DNA from: a virus
Taxonomy: Duplodnaviria > Caudoviricetes
Direction: 5' to 3' (one strand)
IMG/VR virus record: IMGVR_UViG_3300012931_000036
Span: 1-41,364 of that record
DNA length: 41,364 nucleotides
Shown here: one piece after another, positions 36,476 to 41,364 of the stretch
Position numbering within the stretch: position 1 is the first letter of the stretch
Layout of the letters: each line of letters opens with the position of its first letter
The notes under the pieces: generated by a model
The model's database searches: none
Told to the model about the DNA's origin: nothing
Seen by the model: the letters and a program-made list of their open reading frames with translations, nothing else
Made by a program: the position numbers and the translations under genes

Positions 36476-36930
36476 AACACGAACGCAGGATTAGCATACA
36501 GGAATGTGCGGACGCTATTGGCATTTCTAGACAAGAAGTACGTACGATAATTATCGGCGCTGGCATAAACACAACACAAAGGAAATCGCCCAGATATTTT
36601 GGCCGCAAATTCATCAAAGTTTTAAAGCTGTCTGAGGTTAAGGCGGCACTCGCAAAACGCAGAAGCGAATCCGCTTTCATTAAGGAGTCGCGCGCAACCG
36701 CGTCGCTAATGATTCGGCGAAAGTACGGCACAGGAAAATGGGAAATACTGAAGGCAGGGCAATTCCCAAAACTGCCAGCGCACGCCAGCATGAAAACAAT
36801 TGCCGAAATCGAGCAGCACTTGAACAACGGGCTACTCTGCGAACAGGCAGAAGCCGCTTACCCGCGAATGGGCATGCACAGCCACGCAATTTACAAGGTC
36901 AGCCCAATCTACAAAAAGACGAGCCCATGA
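36472..36930 (+). CDS. Basic protein with an N-terminal HTH
   Basis: ISIQECADAIGISRQEVR. Confidence 0.65.
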   Translation: MKHERRISIQECADAIGISRQEVRTIIIGAGINTTQRKSPRYFGRKFIKVLKLSEVKAALAKRRSESAFIKESRATASLMIRRKYGTGKWEILKAGQFPKLPAHASMKTIAEIEQHLNNGLLCEQAEAAYPRMGMHSHAIYKVSPIYKKTSP

Positions 36931-37235
36931 CCTACGACATGTTCAGGCAAGTTTCTCCGGATAACGCACACTCGTATTATTCCGGCGAGCTTGCGAAGCA
37001 ATGCGCGCAATCGACGGACAAGGCCATAACTGACGCTCTAGGCAAACTTGGCATAGCGTTCGTGGACTATCATGCGTTGTCCAAGCGCATGACCTGCGAA
37101 ATCGACCCGCGCGACAATACCGAGACCTATACGCTCGACGGTGAGCCGATAATCAAATTCTGGCCGCTTGAGATCAAGACGGTGAACGAAGGTGCCAGCG
37201 TCAAGATAGTGGCCAGACGGAAATTTATCACATGA
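36927..37235 (+). CDS. Hypothetical protein
   Basis: ATGA-coupled start (MTYDMF). Confidence 0.65.
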   Translation: MTYDMFRQVSPDNAHSYYSGELAKQCAQSTDKAITDALGKLGIAFVDYHALSKRMTCEIDPRDNTETYTLDGEPIIKFWPLEIKTVNEGASVKIVARRKFIT

Positions 37236-37873
37236 GCACGAATCGCAAAGGAGCTTGGACGCCTAAAGGCAAAGGCCCGAACGGTCGCAACCTCTGCTAC
37301 TGCGGATGCGGTCGCGAAGTGCCGAAAGGATGCCGAACTACGTTCTCGCCGAAATGCTATTCTGACTGGTGTGCTAAATACGATCCAGCTACTCAAAGAA
37401 GGCTTGTTTATAAGCGCGATAAAGGAATTTGCGCAGCGTGCGGAGCCGATACCGAACAGCGAGCTAAAGAGGCTAGTGAAACAAAGCAGCTTATCCTTTG
37501 GCTAGCTAGGCGGCGCGCTGACGAATTATTCGCATGCGGAGAACTTCCAATGTACTCAGGGAGTACGCCACAGCAGAAAGCCTATGCTGAAGCCAGAAAG
37601 GCTGATGGCGAAAGGCCACACCCATACGATGCATACCGGTGGGCAGAGCATTGGACTAACGAGGAGATGCGCGAAAGGTTCGGCGAAGTTCGTGCGCACG
37701 ACGGCCACACATGGGAAGCAGACCACATTTTGCCCGTAATCGAGGGCGGCGGTGAGTGCGACCTGTCGAACCTCCGCACGCTCTGCTTAAAATGCCACCG
37801 GAAGGAAACGGCGGCACTGGCCAAGCGTCGCGCGGAAAAAAGAAAAACAGTGAAACAGCTTTCGTTATTATGA
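37232..37873 (+). CDS. Zn-binding HNH endonuclease with a helical insertion
   Basis: CYCGC, VYKRDKGICAACG and WEADHILPV.EGGG.C.L.NLRTLCLKCH. Confidence 0.9.
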   Translation: MSTNRKGAWTPKGKGPNGRNLCYCGCGREVPKGCRTTFSPKCYSDWCAKYDPATQRRLVYKRDKGICAACGADTEQRAKEASETKQLILWLARRRADELFACGELPMYSGSTPQQKAYAEARKADGERPHPYDAYRWAEHWTNEEMRERFGEVRAHDGHTWEADHILPVIEGGGECDLSNLRTLCLKCHRKETAALAKRRAEKRKTVKQLSLL

Positions 37874-38490
37874 CGCTCGAATCCGACCATCCAGCCAAGC
37901 AAACGCCCGGTAAGGCCATCGCGGCCCGGCTCTGGCAAGAAAAGGCCAGGGCAGGCAAGCCGATGACCGAGGCGCAAGTCGGCAATGTCATCGACGGTAT
38001 GCTAAAGGAACTCGGCATGTCAAAGAAGCGTGCGCGTGTAGGAGGCCGAGATTTGCTTTTTGACGCCCTTTGCGTGGCGTGTGGCACAAACCCTCAAGAG
38101 GTCACTCGGATGGCCGCTACTGGGATTGGAACGGCCCTAGCTGACATTGCAGCGGTGACGCCAAACCTTACGCCGGAAGAATTCGGCATCCGTGCGGCGA
38201 AATACCGTCGCGAGCATCCCGACTGGGAGTTGACGCCAACAGCGCTTTGCACGCACTGGGGCGAACTCGGGACCGGCGACGCTGGGCAGACCGTGGCATC
38301 AATGCACGCGGCGGAGCCTAACGGGTGGCAGGAAGTAGCGACGCGTATGTTTCAAGAGGCCGAATGGGATGCTGGATCAATAGCCGTCATCCTGCAAAAT
38401 GGATGGTCAGGCATGTCGCTAGGACACCGTAAGGCGATCCAGAATCGAATCACCCGCTCAGCCGTAGTCACAAGAAATATTTCAGATTGA
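37870..38490 (+). CDS. Hypothetical protein, possibly related to replication-initiator C-terminal domains
   Basis: ATGA-coupled start; RD.LFDAL..ACG and LTPTAL..HW motifs. Confidence 0.5.
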   Translation: MTLESDHPAKQTPGKAIAARLWQEKARAGKPMTEAQVGNVIDGMLKELGMSKKRARVGGRDLLFDALCVACGTNPQEVTRMAATGIGTALADIAAVTPNLTPEEFGIRAAKYRREHPDWELTPTALCTHWGELGTGDAGQTVASMHAAEPNGWQEVATRMFQEAEWDAGSIAVILQNGWSGMSLGHRKAIQNRITRSAVVTRNISD

Positions 38491-38539
38491 TCGAAAATTT
38501 GCTTGCAAATCTAAAATTCATATGACTTCTTCACTCCAA

Positions 38540-38617
38540 CAACAGCAGGATGCACTTGCTGGTTTACCAGTAGGTCTCCTGCCGATAATCCACCGATTGC
38601 ATCCCGGTGGATTTTTT
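38540..38617 (+). promoter_or_regulatory. Two-hairpin attenuator with complementary loops (copy 2)
   Basis: CAGCA-GGATGCA-CTTGCTG ... AATCCACCG-ATTGCATCC-CGGTGGATTTTTT. Confidence 0.75.
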
Positions 38618-38881
38618 GTTTTTAGAAATCTCCGCCGCTCTAATGCCTCGGCGTTGGCTACCTCAAACGCTGGTTTTTTGGCTAGCGTCTTAAGTCCTGA
38701 AGGTGTGGTAGAGCCCCTACTTCAGGCAGGGGGTTCAAATGGAACTCACAGATTGGGCAAACGCGACGCGACAAGCACAGCAGATGTGCGCCAAAAGGCC
38801 GGACCTCACCTAGTCCGCTAGGGGGCTCTGTATTTCTCCTGATCGGGCAAACTTTAGACAGACAACCAAACCAGAAACCAA

Positions 38882-39073
38882 ATGCAAAACAAAAACATAG
38901 TTCCATTCACGCAGGACGTCGGAAACGCCGTCGCTGCTTTGCCAGTATCGGTGCAACTGATTGAGGTTGGCAAATGGCGTGTGAATTTCTGCGGCACTGA
39001 GCAGATCGTCAAATCTGGCACCATCAACTTTCGCGCCGATGGAAAACTTGATGTGGAGACCGTATTTTCATGA
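38882..39073 (+). CDS. Hypothetical protein
   Basis: A-rich leader; first ORF after the structured region. Confidence 0.6.
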   Translation: MQNKNIVPFTQDVGNAVAALPVSVQLIEVGKWRVNFCGTEQIVKSGTINFRADGKLDVETVFS

Positions 39074-39303
39074 AAATACGAGACTGGCAGGTAATCACCA
39101 TCATATCTGATGAAGTCTACGAAGAAGTAGATTGTAACTCTGGCGACCGCCGCACGATGCATAAAGGAGGAATATGCTTTAACTGTGGAGAAACAAAGCC
39201 ATGTGCGCACACTGATCTAGGGCCTGTGTGCTCTGACGCATGCGAAAACGGCTTATTTAGTAGAGATAATCGAGCTGACCGAACCCCATGCGCGACAAAA
39301 TAA
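39070..39303 (+). CDS. Small Cys-rich (Zn-finger-like) protein
   Basis: CFNCG...CSDAC. Confidence 0.6.
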   Translation: MKIRDWQVITIISDEVYEEVDCNSGDRRTMHKGGICFNCGETKPCAHTDLGPVCSDACENGLFSRDNRADRTPCATK

Positions 39304-39518
39304 CCCTAGAGATGCACGAGACAATTATCCGGTTGAGAAAAGAGGCTAAAATGGGCGACCATAGAATAGCAAATCTGCTTGGGCTGGACCACAGGTCGAT
39401 CTATTACGACCGCTGCAAACGAAAGACGCCATACCGTGAAGACGTAACTGGTGCAGCCATCCCAATCCTAGAAACCGCTCTTGCCAAACTCCGCGCCAAG
39501 CCGACGCAACCAAATTGA
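39288..39518 (+). CDS. Small HTH-like protein
   Basis: IIRLRKE..MG..RIANLLGLDHRSI. Confidence 0.6.
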   Translation: MRDKITLEMHETIIRLRKEAKMGDHRIANLLGLDHRSIYYDRCKRKTPYREDVTGAAIPILETALAKLRAKPTQPN

Positions 39519-39534
39519 ATCACCATGAAAAAAC

Positions 39535-39735
39535 ATGAAGCCCGACCTCTGCGAGAAATGCGCCGCGCATGGCATAATCGCCACAAAGCATGGCCCGACG
39601 TGCTCGCACTCGACGCCTGCTGGCGAGAGCTGGTGGCCTGCTGAGTGGGCGACAATGCTAGAGGCGCAAAGACTTTCTTGGATTAAGGAAAACCGTCAGA
39701 CTAAATCAACCTATGAAAATCGAACTAAACGATAA
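39535..39735 (+). CDS. Hypothetical protein
   Basis: ORF in the rightward operon; CEKC motif. Confidence 0.5.
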   Translation: MKPDLCEKCAAHGIIATKHGPTCSHSTPAGESWWPAEWATMLEAQRLSWIKENRQTKSTYENRTKR

Positions 39736-39844
39736 TGCCGCATTTGCGGTTTTAGTTTTGGCAATATTGACGATTTCAATCGTCGGATTGACAATGAGTA
39801 ATCATGAACAGCCAGCTCCAGTAGAGCAGCACCAAACAAAATAA
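39713..39844 (+). CDS. 43-aa membrane peptide (below the track cutoff)
   Basis: MKIELNDNAAFAVLVLAILTISIVGLTMSN...; fills the gap before the next gene. Confidence 0.55.
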   Translation: MKIELNDNAAFAVLVLAILTISIVGLTMSNHEQPAPVEQHQTK

Positions 39845-39847
39845 TCT

Positions 39848-40246
39848 ATGAGCACACAAAACAGATGGGTTGCACTAAAAGATCAACAGCCAGGAGAAGA
39901 TCAGTTTCCCGTTTCACTTGGGTTCTGGGATGAAGACGACTGGGTAGAATCCCACGACTGGCGTCATTCAGAATTCCCCGCGTACTACACGCACTGGTAC
40001 TCGACCAAAGTCGATCTTCCGCCGCCTCCGAGGGGAGAGCCGACGCTGGCTGAGTTGGATGCTGATATTGTTAAGAGTATTTTGGACCAGCATGACCTAA
40101 GGTATGCAAACATGGGTGATCTCGTAAGAAACACCATCGCCTACGAGCGCGCCGAGGTCGCCAGAATTATTGACTCATCGCCAATAGGGAAAAGTTGGTC
40201 TGCTGTCTTGAAAGAAATTGAGACCCGCGTGAAAGGCAACCCATGA
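39848..40246 (+). CDS. DUF551-like phage protein
   Basis: RWV.LKDQQP...YTHW.....LPPPP. Confidence 0.65.
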   Translation: MSTQNRWVALKDQQPGEDQFPVSLGFWDEDDWVESHDWRHSEFPAYYTHWYSTKVDLPPPPRGEPTLAELDADIVKSILDQHDLRYANMGDLVRNTIAYERAEVARIIDSSPIGKSWSAVLKEIETRVKGNP

Positions 40247-40253
40247 GCCAATC

Positions 40254-40451
40254 ATGAACAACCCAAAAACCGAGGCAGCCGTCAGGCGCGCAGGTTGCAT
40301 AGGATCACTTGCGCTCTACGAACTTGCAAGTGAGTTTGAAAACGAGACGCGCCTACTGCGTAGTCAACTGGCCGGCGAGATGCGCAGGTGCGAAGAGCTT
40401 GAGAAGCTATTGGCGCTTGAGCAAAAGCATCTAGGCCCTCAGCCAATGTGA
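40254..40451 (+). CDS. Small coiled-coil protein
   Basis: Last rightward ORF before the terminator. Confidence 0.6.
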   Translation: MNNPKTEAAVRRAGCIGSLALYELASEFENETRLLRSQLAGEMRRCEELEKLLALEQKHLGPQPM

Positions 40452-40506
40452 TGTGTAAAGTATCGCTATATTCTATGCACGTTCGCCAGACATGCATACC
40501 AAACGA

Positions 40507-40537
40507 AAAGAACCGCTAGCTTTGCTAGCGGTTCTTT
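40507..40537. terminator. Bidirectional intrinsic terminator
   Basis: AAAGAACCGCTAGC-TTT-GCTAGCGGTTCTTT perfect 14-bp stem between convergent operons. Confidence 0.85.
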
Positions 40538-40557
40538 GGTGTAGGTTGGCTTTTAGC

Positions 40558-40734
40558 CTATTTACTCAAATGAAATGCAATCCATCGAAGAGCACAAACT
40601 GCTTCCTCCGAGATCGGGTATACCCCGCGCTCCCTCCTGCATATCGTCGTTCGCCTTAGCTCCAATAGCTCGGCCAACTTGGTCTGAGTAAGCCCCAAGG
40701 ACTTTCGTATGGCTCGATACTCGGCGGGGCTCAT
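40558..40734 (-). CDS. XRE-type HTH protein
   Basis: MSPAEYRAIRKSLGLTQTKLAELLEL...TICRRERG..PI. Confidence 0.88.
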   Translation of the reverse strand: MSPAEYRAIRKSLGLTQTKLAELLELRRTTICRRERGVYPISEEAVCALRWIAFHLSK

Positions 40735-41039
40735 TGACGGCCCTCCGCTTCGGAGATAGCTTTGCGAATTTCGGCAAGCCAAGGCGTGTAGATATACGGA
40801 CGTGCGGCGCATAGGCTGGATACGTTGCCTTCGCACAGCTTTAGTGCCTGCAAAAGCTCAGGCGCGGCGGCGATCAGATGGGCGTTAGCAGCATCCATTT
40901 CCACGGTATCAGGCCGACCGCTTTTGTGGACAACCGCGAAATTACCGTAGGATGGCGAGCTTAGATAATAGCCAGCGTCGTCTTCAATATAAGTCCAAGG
41001 GCCGGGCGCGTGCTGCGATTTATTGTCGTAGGTTTTCAT
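40731..41039 (-). CDS. Conserved phage early protein (H.PGPW...ANA.LIAAAPELL.AL family)
   Basis: HAPGPW and ANAHLIAAAPELLQAL motifs; ATG overlaps the stop of the Ala-rich gene. Confidence 0.85.
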   Translation of the reverse strand: MKTYDNKSQHAPGPWTYIEDDAGYYLSSPSYGNFAVVHKSGRPDTVEMDAANAHLIAAAPELLQALKLCEGNVSSLCAARPYIYTPWLAEIRKAISEAEGRQ

Positions 41040-41364
41040 GGGCATTTCGGCAGGTGTTTGCGGACGATTTCGGCGCATTCTTTAATAGCTTTGGTTCTAG
41101 CAGCATCAGCATCAGCAGAAGCATCAGCATCAGCAGCAGCAGAAGCATCAGCAGCAGCATCAGCATCAGCATCAGCAGCATAAGCATCAGCAGCAGCAGC
41201 AGCATCAGCAGCAGCAGCAGCATCAGCAGCAGCAGAAGCATCAGCAGCAGCAGAAGCAGCAGCATCAGCAGCAGCAGCAGCATAAGCAGCATAAGCAGCA
41301 GTAGAAGCATAAGCAGCAGCAGAAGCATAAGCAGCAGCAGCAGCAGCATAAGCAGCAGCAGAAG
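41036..41364 (-). CDS. 3' part of the Ala-rich repeat protein (joins 499->1)
   Basis: Frame reads ...AAADADAARTKAIKECAEIVRKHLPKCP*. Confidence 0.8.
   Translation of the reverse strand, partial: SAAAYAAAAAAYASAAAYASTAAYAAYAAAAADAAASAAADASAAADAAAAADAAAAADAYAADADADAAADASAAADADASADADAARTKAIKECAEIVRKHLPKCP

Noticed and set aside
41020-41349. Poly-Leu/Met ORF in the ORF track
   Set aside because: Wrong frame of the GCT microsatellite; the Ala-rich frame joins a sensible N-terminus and couples to the next gene
41242-41364. 123-bp physical terminal repeat of the virion DNA
   Set aside because: It falls mid-gene in low-complexity DNA, which fits an assembler overlap better

Overview
This appears to be a complete, circular ~41.2-kb podovirus-type dsDNA phage genome; bases 1-123 are identical to 41242-41364. 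The late arm (+ strand, ~0.9-27.2 kb) carries TerS/TerL, a BPP-1/T7-type portal, scaffold, GroES, major capsid protein, tail tubular proteins A/B, internal virion proteins, a beta-helix tailspike and a candidate u-spanin/holin. The early region (~27.2-41.4 kb, wrapping to ~0.8 kb) carries RecE/RecT-like recombination genes, HTH regulators, HNH nucleases and many small ORFs. I found no integrase, DNA polymerase, helicase, primase, reverse transcriptase or recognisable endolysin. Two features stand out. (1) An integrase-less array of five gene cassettes at 34.8-36.45 kb is separated by integron attC-like sites in inverted orientation, and the sites themselves carry start and stop codons. (2) A ~0.8-kb ORF-poor locus upstream of the capsid gene contains three tandem multi-hairpin domains closed by 14-23-bp perfect stems. 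Next to it is a two-hairpin kissing-loop attenuator that recurs, with co-varying loops, at 38.5 kb. All protein calls come from motif recognition and synteny, not database searches.
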